IMG/VR virus record: IMGVR_UViG_3300025872_000041
Location: 50,559 to 114,558 of that record
Source: a virus
Lineage: Duplodnaviria > Caudoviricetes
DNA: 64,000 bases
Strand: one strand, 5' to 3'
A program made the translations under genes and the position numbers. The notes beneath the pieces were generated by a model that saw only the letters and a list, made by a program, of their open reading frames with translations, was not told the DNA's origin and did not search any database. This document shows positions 30,001 through 40,700 of the stretch, in pieces (position 1 is the stretch's first letter; each line of letters opens with the position of its first letter).

Positions 30001-33000
30001 TTATTATTAAATGATGCTCAGATATCTAGATACTTAACAATTGCTAAAAAAGAGTTAAGAGATCAGTTGCGTAAAGAAGGTAAGTCATTCTCTTTAGCTA
30101 AAGAAGAGATGCGCTTATTAAATCCTCTTTATGCAGCAATGAGTGAGTCTCAGTTAGAAGAGAGAATGTATGAAGAGTACCTTGCTGATAAGTTTGATGC
30201 TTGGAAGCTTAATAAAAAAACAGAGACTAGTCATGTAAACAAAAGTTTATTTGCTAAAATTGTTGAGTTAATCAAGAAAATATTTAGCAGATTTACTAAG
30301 AACGAATTAAACTCTTTGTTTGATAATATTGATGCCGGTAAGTATAGAAATAGTAAAGTAGTCACTAATAGATTTACAAACTCTCCATTTGATATAAGCG
30401 AGCCAGTACTTAAAGCTATTAAGATTGGTACAGATATAATTGAAGATTCTACATTTTCTGCTGAAGGTGAAGTTAATTACATTAGAGTAGATAAGTACTT
30501 ACCTGAACAAGAAGGTACTAGGTTAGCTGCAACTGTAGCTGCTCTCTATAATAACAAACTTAAAGATGCAGATAAGCAAACTAATACTGATGAGTTATTA
30601 GATTCTGTATTGGATAGTTATGAAGAACTTTATGATCCAGAGTTAGATCAGTATGTTGATTTAGATACTGCAACTTTTAACAAATTAAAAGAATATAAAG
30701 CTATATTTAGCAAAACTGAAAATAGAGAAATTCTTAAGGAGGCAGTACGTGAACATTTAGCTATTTTAAGTATTAAAGAAACTAATGAGCAAGATGCTTC
30801 AGATGATACTATAGATGAGTTAGGAGAAAGAGGTAAGCAGAATTATACCGAGGGTGCTGCTAGTGTAGGTGGTTTTGGTAGTTTATCTAAGTTTTTAAGA
30901 TCTTGGATATCTACTATTACATATCAAGCAGCTGATGAATTTGGTAATGTACAGTTCTTAGATGGTACACCTTATATCCAATCAGTGGATGGTTCTACAG
31001 TATATAATGGTATTCTTAAAGCAATTGCTGGAACTGAAGATATTGAGGAGGTTCTTTTAAAACTTAATTTATATAAAGAAAGAAACTTTGAGTCTGGTAA
31101 AGTTATTGAAGAATTCTTTATTCAGACTGGAGTAACATTTGATGAAGAAGGTAATCTTGATCTCTCTAATATTAAAAATAGTTATTTGTTCCAATCTTTT
31201 ACAAAAGGTTTTGGTCAGTATGCTATTGACTATTTATTTATTAATAAGGATCTTAAAAAAGAGATTGCAAATATTATCTCTGCAAATAGAAAAGATTCTG
31301 GTAAAGTACAGTTTGATCAATGGTCACAAGCATACAGTAATGCTTATGAAAGTAAATTAACTCCAGAATTAAAAGCTAAAGCCAAAGTTGTTTTAACTAA
31401 GATTATGGGAGCAATGGCACCAACTAAGAAATATACTGATGATGAATTAATCCAGCTAACTAATAAGTTATCTGTAGAATTAATGGAAGTATTGGGTATT
31501 TCTTTAAGTGGTATGTATTTATCTTATTCTATTGCAAGTATTATAAATAATCTTACTCCTCAGCAAATTAAACTATTTAAAATATACTCTAATGTAACAC
31601 CTATTACTAGAGGTGATATTGATGCTTTATATGGTTTAGTAGATAGCGAAGAAAATCCTTTTATAAATATTCAATATGAAACAACTGTAGATGCTGAAAC
31701 AGGAGAGGTTACTCAAGAAACAGAAGTACTAGAAGGTGGTGCTACTACACGTTTATATAATATGGCAAAAGCTAATGCTATATTTGATGAGTCTGTATAT
31801 GCTACTAGCTGGAAAAATGCAGAAGGTCAATTAGTATATGTACACCAATTACCATCATATCACTTAGTTAAGATAAATGAGATTAAGAAAGTCGGTGGTA
31901 TTGAAGACTTATTAAAAGATCCATTCTTAGCAAATAACTATTTATTAAATGATCCAAATTTCTTAGCATCTCTTGATTTACTTACAGTTAAAAGAATAGA
32001 TGGGCAAAAAGTAAGTAGTCTTAATGAGACAGAAGATGGTGATGTAATTGAAAACAAACAACTTGAGGTTAACAGACGTGAGGGAACTACATATGGTAGT
32101 TTTACTCCTGAAGAATTTATTGTTAGTTTACTTGATTTATATTCTGCCGGAGATGTACAAGAAAGAAATAAAGTTAAGTTTGGTATATCTACTCATCTTA
32201 TTCGTGTTCTAGAAGCATCTAGTACCGGTAACGTAATTAATTTACCTGTAATTAAAGCCGCTGCTAAAGTATCTGGTAAAAATACTTTAACCAAACAAGC
32301 ACAAGATGCATTACTTGGTTTTGTAGAACAAGAATATAATCGTATTCAAAGAGTAGCTAATGGTGAATTTACAGATGAGATTTATGATTTTAATACTGGT
32401 AAGATGCGCGGTCTTACATTATTTAAGACTGGTAAACTAATAAGTGAGGATTTAAAGAATGAATTAGAAGCACAAGCTCAAGAGAATTTACCTATAAGTG
32501 AACAACAAAAAGCACAGATTAAAAAAGAGATGACTCAGTCTATGCTTAATGATGTAAATTTCTTAATCACTTTGTTAGATGAAGATAATATTTTACAAGT
32601 AGAAGATGGTAAAGTAACTAAATCTGCATTAGCATCTTTTGTAACTAAAGGTTTTACTAATAAAGATAAAAAGAAATCTACTGATAAAACTAAAAACAGT
32701 ATATTTAATTTAGCAAAAGATGATTACAGATATAATCTTTTACAGATCTATGTAAATGATTTTATTAATACTACTGCTATTAACCAATTAATGCATGGTG
32801 ATCATGCTATATCATTTAAGGATGCTGTAGATGAAATTAAACGTGCTAAAGGATCTAATGCTACTGGTTCTAATATTGAAGCAGTTATAACTGATGAAAA
32901 ACTAGGTATCAAGCATGCATTTAAAACTGCTCATGTAGTTACTATTTCAGATCCTTTATTTCAAGCTAAATATGCAGGTGGTAAAGGAGAAAAAGCAAAT

Positions 33001-36000
33001 GCTCAGATGTGGATGAGTGTAAAAGCTTTACGTTATACATTATTTGGTTTAGGTAAACTATCTCCTATTCAAGCTGAGTTATTAAACAAAATTGAAAATG
33101 GTGAAACAGTAACTGGTGATTTCTTCTTTGGTGATGAAAAACATAAAGGTGCTGTCTCATTTGATGCTGCTACTAATTCTATTAAGTTAGTATATTTTGA
33201 TGGTCAAACATATATTAAGACATCTGGTTTTGTACTAACTAAAGAGTTTACTTCTTATGGTAAAAACTTTGATCAAGCTTTACCTGGTAAAGAACCATTA
33301 CACAATTTACGTAAGACTCTTGAAGCTTATGAAGCAAATAAAGAAACTGTAAGTTTAGCAATTCCAGTATCTGCATCTAAAGGTAAAAAGATAAATGTAG
33401 CTAGTGATGTAAATAGTATTACAGATGCTAATTTTATTGAGACTAGCACTAAATATTGGAGATTACAATTAGAGAATCCTTCTAATAAAATAATAATTAC
33501 AGATACAACTCAAATTAAAACAATTCTTACAGCAGAACAAGATGATGAGACGCTAGTTAATTTTATGGGTACTGATATTTCGGTTGGAGATCTTAAAAAG
33601 ATTTATCAAAATGCATCTATTAACCGAGTTAAGATTAATTATATTGGTAAAAGAAATGCAATCTTTACTTTAGATTCAGGATTAGAAGAAGTTAAAAAAT
33701 CTATTGCAGCTGGAACAGTAACTCCTAAACTTGCAGCATTCCAAAAATATGCTATTGAGACATTAAAATCTTCAGCAGGTGATGCTCAAATGATTGAGTT
33801 CTTTGAACTAGATGAGCAAGGAGAGCCCAAGTATGATCTTAACTCACCTATTACTATTGATAAGTTTGTTGAGTTGTTCTTATCATATTTCTCTAAAGGT
33901 GTCTTATCTGAAAAAGTTCCAGGACATGCTGTAGCATTGGTATCTGATTATGGTGTAAAGCAACTTAAAAAAGTACTAGAGTTGGATGAGAATGGTCAAC
34001 CAAAGAGATGGGAGATTGTAAGAGTTGAGGAATTTAAACTTAATCCTTCTAAGTATGGTACACCTAAAACTCAAGCTGATCTAGAAAATAGAACATTTAA
34101 TGATTTACAAGTAGGTGATTATTATGTAGATGACTTAAGACATAACGTACCTGAGTATGATGAAAATGGTAATATTACTGGATACTTTACTGAGTTTATT
34201 ATGCCAGCTCACTTTAAAGAGTTATTAAGTTTTATTAAGCCCGGTGATAAAATACCAGATGCTGTAGCTAAGATGTTCGGTGTACGTATTCCTTCACAGG
34301 ATAAACACTCTGCAGTAGCTCTCAAACTTGTAGATTTTATGCCAGTATATTATGGATCATCTGCAGTATTTCCACAAGAACTTATTGAGATATCTGGAGC
34401 TGACTTTGATATTGATAAACTCTATATAGCCATTCAAGAATGGTTAGTAGAGAATGGTAAATTTGTAGCCTATGGTAGTGGAACTACTAAGACAGAAAAA
34501 TTTAATCAGTTTGTAAAATATCAATTTAGTAAGAATAAAGAATTTAGAAAGATATATAATGATTATTATAAGGCTTTTGAAAAAGAAGCTAAAGAATTTA
34601 AAGAGTATGCTGCTGATTATTTAGATGAGTTAGATATTATTGATGAGAATGCTACTACTTTAGATTTTAATAAAAAAGAAATTATTCAAGCAGCTTTACA
34701 ATATTTAAATCTTCCATCCACTGCAGATGAGTATAATACTAAAGTAGAAAAGTTAGGATATGAACCTTATCAAGGAGCCCTTAATAATGTAATTGTAAAT
34801 GGACGTATTGCTTTATTAAATAATTCTGCTATGGTTACTGCAAAAGAAGGAGAGATTCCTAAAGCATTTCAGGTAGCTACTGTACAACCCCTTATTGATA
34901 TAGTTAAAAGCTTCACTGAGCAGTTTCCTGAACTTAAAGATCAATTAGAAGAAGGTAAATATAATATTGATACTCTACTTGGTAAGTACTATGCGTTTAG
35001 AAATAATAAAGAAGGTGCTAGAAACATTGGACCAGCGGTTAACTCTTTACTTGTTTATTCATTATTAAATGCTAATAATATTGATATTAGAAAAGCAAGT
35101 ACTTATACAGATGAAACAGGTGAGAAGATAGATCTTACTAATTTAAGATTTAAGCTTAATGGTAAAGAGTTTGATACATATAGTGAGACTAAAGCTTATG
35201 ATCCAAAAACTGGAAAATATGATGGTAAGAGAATAGCTGATATTCTATCTGCTTTAGTATCAGCTATGACAGATAACGCTAAAGAACGTCTTGCTGCTAA
35301 ATTAAATCTTAATATAGATTCATTAGGTGTTGTAGCTAATATGGTAGCCCAGGGTGTATCATTAGAGGATAGCTTACTATTCATCAATCAACCGGCAATA
35401 CGTAAGTTCTATAAAACTTTAAGAACAAATAAATCTTCATATGCTACAGATGCTGAAAGAAAAACAGGAAAAAATACTATTATTAAAAATCTAATAGAAG
35501 GTTATGATGTAAAAGAAATTCCTACTAATATTACAACAGAAGATCTTATTGCTGGCATTAAAAGAAATACTCCTGAAATTCAAGTATATGTACTTAATAG
35601 TTTTAAAACTTTAAATCTGCAAGCAGATACTTTTATGAATATATCTGCAGTATTAAAAGTAAATAAGGGATTACCTAAAGATCTTACAGAGTTTGATGAA
35701 ATCTATGATAAGGCTGTAGATTTAGGTTTAGAGATGACAGATAAAGAGTTTGAGACTAGCTCAATACCATTTGATATTCGTCCTTTATTACGTAATCAGA
35801 ATACAACTTTTGGATTTAACTTTACTGTATATAGAGAGATTAGATCTCTAACCGGTAGTGTTATGTTAAATCGTACACCTGTAGTTAATAGGATGCGTGA
35901 TATAGTATTAGCAAATACAGAGGTTAACTTTAGAGACCGTCAAAACTTTAAAAAGTCATTAGACCAAAACTTAATTTCTTTCTTTGCTATTAAAGCTTAT

Positions 36001-37737
36001 CTTAATATTTTAAATAAAGGCGGTTACAAAAGAGCTTTAGCTTCTTTAAATAACGGTATGATCTATGATCAAGTTGCAAGTACATTACCAGAAAGCATGG
36101 ACAACGTAACTGACGTAGTTAAGAAGTTAAGAGAGTTAAGTCCTAAGAACTATTTTGTAAATAAATTCTTATTTGCAATTACTGCGGCTAACAAATCTAA
36201 TAAAGATGGTATTAATAAAGTAGACTTTAATAACTGGACTAAGTTAAGTAAGTTACAGGTTAATAAAATTCAGTATAGCTTTATGGAGTTATATACTGAT
36301 GAATTAACCAGACCTTATGCAATTGACTTATTTCATTACTTACTTGTTAAAGATGGTGGTCAGTTTAAGTCTGGATCTTTTATTAGGATTATGCCAAACT
36401 TTATGTTTGAGATGATTCTTAATTCTTCTAAAGCTGCAGTTAATGCATTAAAAGGAAGTGCTGATGATGCTTTTGTTAGAAAGACATTTGGTGCAAATAT
36501 TAATGAATTGTACAATGAGTTTGTTAGAGGATTTTTACAAAGTTCTAATACAACGTTCTTTACAAAAACAATTAAAACTAATATTGCTAAGAATAATGAA
36601 CTTAAAGAATTAAAGAAAGAATTAAAACTTTCAAATGATGTACAATCACCAATTACAGTAAATGATAAGGGTATTGAAATTAATGTATTTAAAAATACAT
36701 CATTTGAGAAAGAGTTAATTCCTTTAGGTGATGTGTCTAACTATAAAGGTGATGAGATGATAGTTGACCAGAATGGTAATTATCAGATTGTACAACCTAT
36801 GATTGCATTACCTGGAGAATCTAGGTTATCTGAAGAAGGTAAACAGATTTATAGATATAATTTAAAATTTTTAAGAGCTGCAGGTTTAGTACAAGAAAGT
36901 AAAGATGGTAAAACACAAATAGGTTTTCCATTAGTATTTAAAAGAGTTGAGTATGTTAATTTTGATAAACAGACTACTTTCTATAGATTAAAAACTATAA
37001 AGAGAGATAGAGCTAAACAAGAAGAAAACTTAGCTGATCTTATTCAACCGGGTGATATGTATGCATTTGGTGTATCTGCACAGTATGAAAAGTTTGATCC
37101 AATTGGTTCTAGAAAACAATTTGCTGCGGGCTTTGTAATTCCTGGAACATTACCTACAAGTAAGAATATCTTTAAAGATAGAAGAAATAAAAATGTAGGT
37201 AATAATCCTGGTGCATTACCTGATACTAGTAATATTGATGCACTTGTTGAAGCTCAAATAGCTAACATAGAAAAACAGTTAGGTAATGTAGATATCAGTA
37301 AAGCTCCAGCTAATGTATCAAGTACTCTAGCTTCTAATGGTATTACTGTTAAAACTGAAGGTAAGAAGATTAAATATGAGAAAGATGGTAAACCATTTGA
37401 AACCACTGCTAAATCACCTGAAGAATTAGCTAATACTTTAACTCCTAAACCTCAAGAACAAACTGAAGAATTTGGAGATATTGATGCTATGATAGCAAGT
37501 GCTCCGGCAGCAGCGTTTAATGTATCTATAGGAGCAATTCTTAAAGCTAAAGCAGAGTACCCAGTACTTAATGAGTTCTATATGAATGAGCTTACAGATG
37601 AACAAAAAGAAAAAATAAAACAAGATTTAAATATTACCTCATTTGTTAATTTTGTAGAACAGTACAAAGATTACGTAAATACTAGTGGTGGTAATCAAAA
37701 TAGTTTTGTAGAACAAATAAAAAAATGTTATTTATAA
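24079..37737 (+). CDS. giant virion-packaged DNA-dependent RNA polymerase (crAss-like, DFDID) fused to an N-terminal cargo region and a zincin domain
   Basis: 4552 aa. 'RIPSQDKHS' at about 34285 and 'GADFDIDKL' with DFDID at 34402-34416, the catalytic motif of crAss-like vRNAPs such as phi14:2 gp66. Also 'AMTDNAKE', and zincin HEAFH at 29974-29988 with downstream 'EEYLAD'. Confidence 0.9.
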   Translation: MEEFDNAIPPLGVEPGLPSNFEGSDAFQASIAPTNEPLISVTDTYAVPGVPVPSAFGSVAVDYDPSNPFDVAKQALTKPITESDVAFETSKEKYFQPGYQQTNFDRYYNDSDNFYKLGFNPLANNEALYNQNRSWYQDLFRAAGGIPSLGLSVVQSGYRSLADMATGDFSMTDETGAREFSQIMAERGSTRGGVSGFASNLVLQSGFVAGIAADYLATEALLAGAVGLSEGMALPAALAASASKTAGTIRSISALFDANTARQAYNTIKAMDVAAIGRGALNVAEATAKNIVPNTFKNVKSFITAESPVLGLANSVRGVADFVRDMKQISYATAEASMEGGGVKNDFIDKHINQYITENGVYPDQDVLNKIYEKASDAGFTTGMINAPLILLTNNITFDNLYKGRKSTLGKTASGIVEESKLTGKTLRFSERTGQFETMGIRQSFAESIRGLKTPKTYMQFAGGYFSKNLSEGLQEISQEIISGASTDYYERLYDTPEAGGVVAYLADAYDNLKDQASAQGIEVFASGFLMGGLTGISTAVANRAYGSSKNIIGKIAQAKNPEEYRKAVEEESARFNKIADELNDAINNGNKVLALDIDNLLLQIRGGTDMVNARKSFDEKAFHDIKDITRFNSIYTALQTDKYDFLIKKLQDMQQMTGAELKEAFSLADDVTDDEAKKVLDITIDRAGQIKDQYEQFSAFKNPFNPNTYRSANTPESIIGFINELQSYKGFEEARKTAVFSLHGLEQAKTRMADLTKQMSSIGGVADLGYSDVTATLSIAGIDNEINLLTAEIESSKDITDPGLIEINDNKKKKLKALESLKTNLARVENINDPVEVRKTSYLKKAFNDYMKVLLDEKGTELSPADLNEAYRIFTDYYALNYDKTNFNKVLADLYDPNNFIKLAERERTLVVARDKRRAEFFKKAFKKYAETSKIGIFLKALATGGFVIDLKYLKALDTNTFDELKELILNDPDIKFRDLNSNKLFGKEDPRFQNIKSFVSDFEVKTKAEVKQTPSDTSKPKEASQFSTDTTEEEEELGSEDITDVSEFTQTIVRRAYDDYLKALKEADIPVSFEEFATSKKAVSIINALTELEAAYDAITETKPEFTEWLRVNARTPVVFDVLDKNGVTFSDIFIQQRDENQYITTALEEGESIVSSGYNGVFITKLVGSIEGGEGVDIYFVKLNDGTMAIDATNKPDELIDFEIDIYTSLEKAQKAQKAIGDYLANNKKQFVFDNTPLVNGQIISDNKNNEYVVLSYPSEIAAGSNLKLKNLKTGAILTTKSFTGFKLERVPVEKKEYASRFDSTSVLDRAWGKRMENESQKDATARLSNLLRDTPIEELLSGLSIRFTNLNKSPERYDYLRLPDQKENQSFGLFTDSYAIALVFNGEEIGYLPNPTSFQFLDVNGNPISYDRINADRVKQAFYLKNGRYNQAVADIKASYKNKIALLNYLKSKLGKNTSVEIPYSDLKKVANINIGLGSYEFLSRDEERPKFSGLTYNTINGGIYVIDRKNKYKNGSIVTVEGSPITDIDPDLLESTIKEVDAARYKNGYDTLLNYGRYVAVVKLPNGKVRFVELTTPELSSEELNTLAASIKERIELTKKENIDDEGKPLAQEYNDVWNEDNIGSKLFISLPLKDRGKFLDIYVSPNGSLVLDFVNKNSRADKITRKKIINDPQFNTFSELLTLLNTAIKEHDADVKLPANKMDIVLTGRSFKATLPMNIDTLQVLDMEASVGVNVVKDVSVYVDMLEPASDVQAQPLLPKTPDDVLDIDTSNIDFSSAPPDANINPELLRGVAPVQVSSGDALSKVLAAQKSIPQQIKQLQAEADTKTDEVKKVLLAQRVAEKGELTTADKKEIRTKAENSPEVLAIKAQIKILTDSLALKAVNTGYTESDVTNLTEFLTWVQNNLPDFVTVEDLNTLKNNLYKDGKTVGAFVSSLSNIAGNVEVNGTIYTSASSPFKYHEAFHAVFRLLLNDAQISRYLTIAKKELRDQLRKEGKSFSLAKEEMRLLNPLYAAMSESQLEERMYEEYLADKFDAWKLNKKTETSHVNKSLFAKIVELIKKIFSRFTKNELNSLFDNIDAGKYRNSKVVTNRFTNSPFDISEPVLKAIKIGTDIIEDSTFSAEGEVNYIRVDKYLPEQEGTRLAATVAALYNNKLKDADKQTNTDELLDSVLDSYEELYDPELDQYVDLDTATFNKLKEYKAIFSKTENREILKEAVREHLAILSIKETNEQDASDDTIDELGERGKQNYTEGAASVGGFGSLSKFLRSWISTITYQAADEFGNVQFLDGTPYIQSVDGSTVYNGILKAIAGTEDIEEVLLKLNLYKERNFESGKVIEEFFIQTGVTFDEEGNLDLSNIKNSYLFQSFTKGFGQYAIDYLFINKDLKKEIANIISANRKDSGKVQFDQWSQAYSNAYESKLTPELKAKAKVVLTKIMGAMAPTKKYTDDELIQLTNKLSVELMEVLGISLSGMYLSYSIASIINNLTPQQIKLFKIYSNVTPITRGDIDALYGLVDSEENPFINIQYETTVDAETGEVTQETEVLEGGATTRLYNMAKANAIFDESVYATSWKNAEGQLVYVHQLPSYHLVKINEIKKVGGIEDLLKDPFLANNYLLNDPNFLASLDLLTVKRIDGQKVSSLNETEDGDVIENKQLEVNRREGTTYGSFTPEEFIVSLLDLYSAGDVQERNKVKFGISTHLIRVLEASSTGNVINLPVIKAAAKVSGKNTLTKQAQDALLGFVEQEYNRIQRVANGEFTDEIYDFNTGKMRGLTLFKTGKLISEDLKNELEAQAQENLPISEQQKAQIKKEMTQSMLNDVNFLITLLDEDNILQVEDGKVTKSALASFVTKGFTNKDKKKSTDKTKNSIFNLAKDDYRYNLLQIYVNDFINTTAINQLMHGDHAISFKDAVDEIKRAKGSNATGSNIEAVITDEKLGIKHAFKTAHVVTISDPLFQAKYAGGKGEKANAQMWMSVKALRYTLFGLGKLSPIQAELLNKIENGETVTGDFFFGDEKHKGAVSFDAATNSIKLVYFDGQTYIKTSGFVLTKEFTSYGKNFDQALPGKEPLHNLRKTLEAYEANKETVSLAIPVSASKGKKINVASDVNSITDANFIETSTKYWRLQLENPSNKIIITDTTQIKTILTAEQDDETLVNFMGTDISVGDLKKIYQNASINRVKINYIGKRNAIFTLDSGLEEVKKSIAAGTVTPKLAAFQKYAIETLKSSAGDAQMIEFFELDEQGEPKYDLNSPITIDKFVELFLSYFSKGVLSEKVPGHAVALVSDYGVKQLKKVLELDENGQPKRWEIVRVEEFKLNPSKYGTPKTQADLENRTFNDLQVGDYYVDDLRHNVPEYDENGNITGYFTEFIMPAHFKELLSFIKPGDKIPDAVAKMFGVRIPSQDKHSAVALKLVDFMPVYYGSSAVFPQELIEISGADFDIDKLYIAIQEWLVENGKFVAYGSGTTKTEKFNQFVKYQFSKNKEFRKIYNDYYKAFEKEAKEFKEYAADYLDELDIIDENATTLDFNKKEIIQAALQYLNLPSTADEYNTKVEKLGYEPYQGALNNVIVNGRIALLNNSAMVTAKEGEIPKAFQVATVQPLIDIVKSFTEQFPELKDQLEEGKYNIDTLLGKYYAFRNNKEGARNIGPAVNSLLVYSLLNANNIDIRKASTYTDETGEKIDLTNLRFKLNGKEFDTYSETKAYDPKTGKYDGKRIADILSALVSAMTDNAKERLAAKLNLNIDSLGVVANMVAQGVSLEDSLLFINQPAIRKFYKTLRTNKSSYATDAERKTGKNTIIKNLIEGYDVKEIPTNITTEDLIAGIKRNTPEIQVYVLNSFKTLNLQADTFMNISAVLKVNKGLPKDLTEFDEIYDKAVDLGLEMTDKEFETSSIPFDIRPLLRNQNTTFGFNFTVYREIRSLTGSVMLNRTPVVNRMRDIVLANTEVNFRDRQNFKKSLDQNLISFFAIKAYLNILNKGGYKRALASLNNGMIYDQVASTLPESMDNVTDVVKKLRELSPKNYFVNKFLFAITAANKSNKDGINKVDFNNWTKLSKLQVNKIQYSFMELYTDELTRPYAIDLFHYLLVKDGGQFKSGSFIRIMPNFMFEMILNSSKAAVNALKGSADDAFVRKTFGANINELYNEFVRGFLQSSNTTFFTKTIKTNIAKNNELKELKKELKLSNDVQSPITVNDKGIEINVFKNTSFEKELIPLGDVSNYKGDEMIVDQNGNYQIVQPMIALPGESRLSEEGKQIYRYNLKFLRAAGLVQESKDGKTQIGFPLVFKRVEYVNFDKQTTFYRLKTIKRDRAKQEENLADLIQPGDMYAFGVSAQYEKFDPIGSRKQFAAGFVIPGTLPTSKNIFKDRRNKNVGNNPGALPDTSNIDALVEAQIANIEKQLGNVDISKAPANVSSTLASNGITVKTEGKKIKYEKDGKPFETTAKSPEELANTLTPKPQEQTEEFGDIDAMIASAPAAAFNVSIGAILKAKAEYPVLNEFYMNELTDEQKEKIKQDLNITSFVNFVEQYKDYVNTSGGNQNSFVEQIKKCYL

Positions 37738-37740
37738 GAG

Positions 37741-40700
37741 ATGGCTTGTCATAATAGAAACTTACCAGAATATAAAGCCCTGATGGGTGTATACAATAAC
37801 AATCTTATTGTAGATAGTATTATTGATAACTATCAACTCAAAGAAAATACAGACAACTTTCCAAGTATTGCAGAGGCAGAAGATATTGTAAAAGCTAATC
37901 AAGTAAAGTTTAGTCTCAAAAAAAAACAATATGCTGATGCAGTGATAGGAAATCTAAGACAGAGAAGAATGATTTCCTCTGTTACTATAGATGGTAAACT
38001 TAGATACTTTGTTACTGGTACTATAGAAGGTATGCGGGAAATAGATCCTGCTGTTCTTAGAAATAATAAACAAAGAATTATTAACTACCTAAACTATAAC
38101 AGAGTACCGGCTGAAACATATGATTTTAGAACTACAGAGAATAGTATAGAGTTCATCATTAAAGAAAACATGTTTACTCCAGTTGATGTAATTGGAGAAT
38201 CTGAGAATACTAATAATGCTATTGATGTACTAGAATACTTATCTGCTGTTTTACCAGATGTAAGTTATGAGATTGTAACTGTAGAAGAAGCTAAAAAGAT
38301 CTATGATAAGTTACCAGTTAAACCGAATTTAAACTTTGATAAGATTAAGAGTTTTTATTATCAGAACACAGCATACATAATTAAAAGTAGAGTTACTACC
38401 GAGACAGCCATTGAAGAGATGCTGCACCCTGTAGTAGATGCTTTATTTGTAGGTAGACCTGATATTTTTGGTAAATTACTTATTGAAGCTAGACAAGCAT
38501 TTCCTGTTTTAACACAGCAGATTAAAGATAGTTATACCGGACAAAAGGGATTCTTTGAGAAGTACAGAGATGTGGAGTTAGTAACTCAAGCATTAACTAG
38601 ACACTTTAAAAAAGAATATGAGAATCAACCAGGTAACTCTTTTAAAAGTGCCATTAGAGAATTTATAGAATGGTTTGCAGAATTAGTTAATGATATCTAT
38701 AAAGCAATTACAGGAAATGAATTAAATATTAGTGCACAAGATTTAAAAGAAAACGTTACACTTACTGATATTGCTAAGTTATTAAATACTAAAGAGTTAA
38801 GATTTAGCACAGGACCTATTGCAAGTAATGTTCAGGCTACAGTTAAATTAAGTATTGATAAGAATGATCCTGAGTATATCAGAAAAGAGGCCAGTAAAAA
38901 AGCTGCTAAGAATAGAGCAGTAAATAATTTACAGAGAGATATAGTAGATGTTCTATATAATACTCCAATGTTCTTAGATGAAGAAACACATACATATACC
39001 AATCTAGAAACCGGAGAAGAATATAAGTCTATGACCTCCGCTATTAAAGGTGGTCTTAATGATCCAGATAATCTATATGAAATGAATAGATTATTTGGTA
39101 AAGACTTTGACAAGATTCTTCAAGATATTATAGATGGTAAAACATTTGATGAGGCGCTAGAAAGTGTAACTGTATTAGATCCGGCTTTAGCTGAGGATGC
39201 ATATGATTCACTTAGTGCATATGTAGCTACTCTTACATTAGATGGTTCTGTAATTTTACCACAAGTTATTCTTGCTGATGATCAATCTAAAATTGCCGGC
39301 TCATTAGATATCCTTATTATTAAACCAGATGGGTCATTGTATATTGTAGATTTAAAAGTATCCAAGACAAGTATAAAAGATCCCGGTTATTATGAGATTG
39401 CATATCCTACAAATGAAGGTTCTTTACTACAGGGACAAAGATTAACTACTAAGCAACAGCAAAGTATCCAAGTAATGGGTTATGCTAAGCTAGCTAATAT
39501 CAATGGTTTCCCAGTATCTGGTGTATCTACGTATCATTATAACTTAGATATAGAAGGTAAGGGTAAAGACCAAAAGGTAAAGAGCTTTAGAGTAGAAGGA
39601 GTAGTGCAGCATAATGAGACAGAAAACTTAACTTATGTAGATAGAATTATTCCTACAGATCCTTTTAAGAATACTCTTAATGACTTAAAGATAAAGAACG
39701 GTTACAACGTAACTAATGATCCTAATTTTATAAGTCCTGAAGATGAGAAATCAGAAGTGGGCCTAACTGATGAGCAATATACAAATGTTGCTTTATTTAT
39801 GAAGGATGTGGTTTCACAGTTAGTAAAACGTAATGATGCCTTACAAAGTATTATTGATTCATCTAAACAGATTAAACCTAAAAAACAAACTGTAGATAAA
39901 ATTAATAGTCTAATTGCTATACTTAGTACAGAGATTAATAGCGGTAAAGCAGATATAGCATTAGGAAGATTCTTAAATAGTTCTAAAGAAGAGTTGGAAA
40001 ACTTTATTAAGTATGCCTCTAATCCTAAGTCAGTATCTAAAGAAGATTATATTTCTGTAGTACTTATGTTTAGTAAGTTTATGGAAACCTATAGAGGTAT
40101 CCGTAATCTTAGTTTAAGTAATGTTGTTAATCCCGGTCAAAGAGAGATTGCAATTGCAGTAACAGATTTATTAAACATTGCTGATAGTACAATTGATCAA
40201 GCTATAGAAAATTTTACTATTAATTTTATTAGAACCAATTCTACTAGAAACTTTACAGAAGAAGATTTAAAAAACATCATCAAAGAAACTACAGATATTT
40301 CTATGGCTGATGCACAGCTTGGTGATTTAGCAACTAGTACAGATACTATCTTAGCTCTTATTGATAAAGTATATAAGAGAGAAAAACAAAAGATTGAAGA
40401 TGATGTACAAGAGTTTAGTGAAAGAGCAATTACTTTAGGTAATAGATTAGCTTCATTATCTGGCGGAGCACCTAACTATGATTTTATGTTGGTGTATGAT
40501 AAAGATGGAAAATTTACCGGTAGATATGTACAAAAGATTGGTTATCAATACTATAAGAAGTTCTATGAGTTAAGAAATAAACTTGTAGACAATAATGGTA
40601 ACTGGTTAGAATATATAAACATACCTAATTTAGATGACGCTAAAGTTGAAGATATTAAGTTTAACCAAGAACTTTTCTTAAATAGACAAGCTTATAGTGA

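Noticed and set aside
39200-39500. Cas4 / CRISPR adaptation nuclease (also considered for 57136..58110)
   Set aside because: These PD-(D/E)xK domains lack the Fe-S cysteine cluster, and there are no cas genes or arrays nearby.
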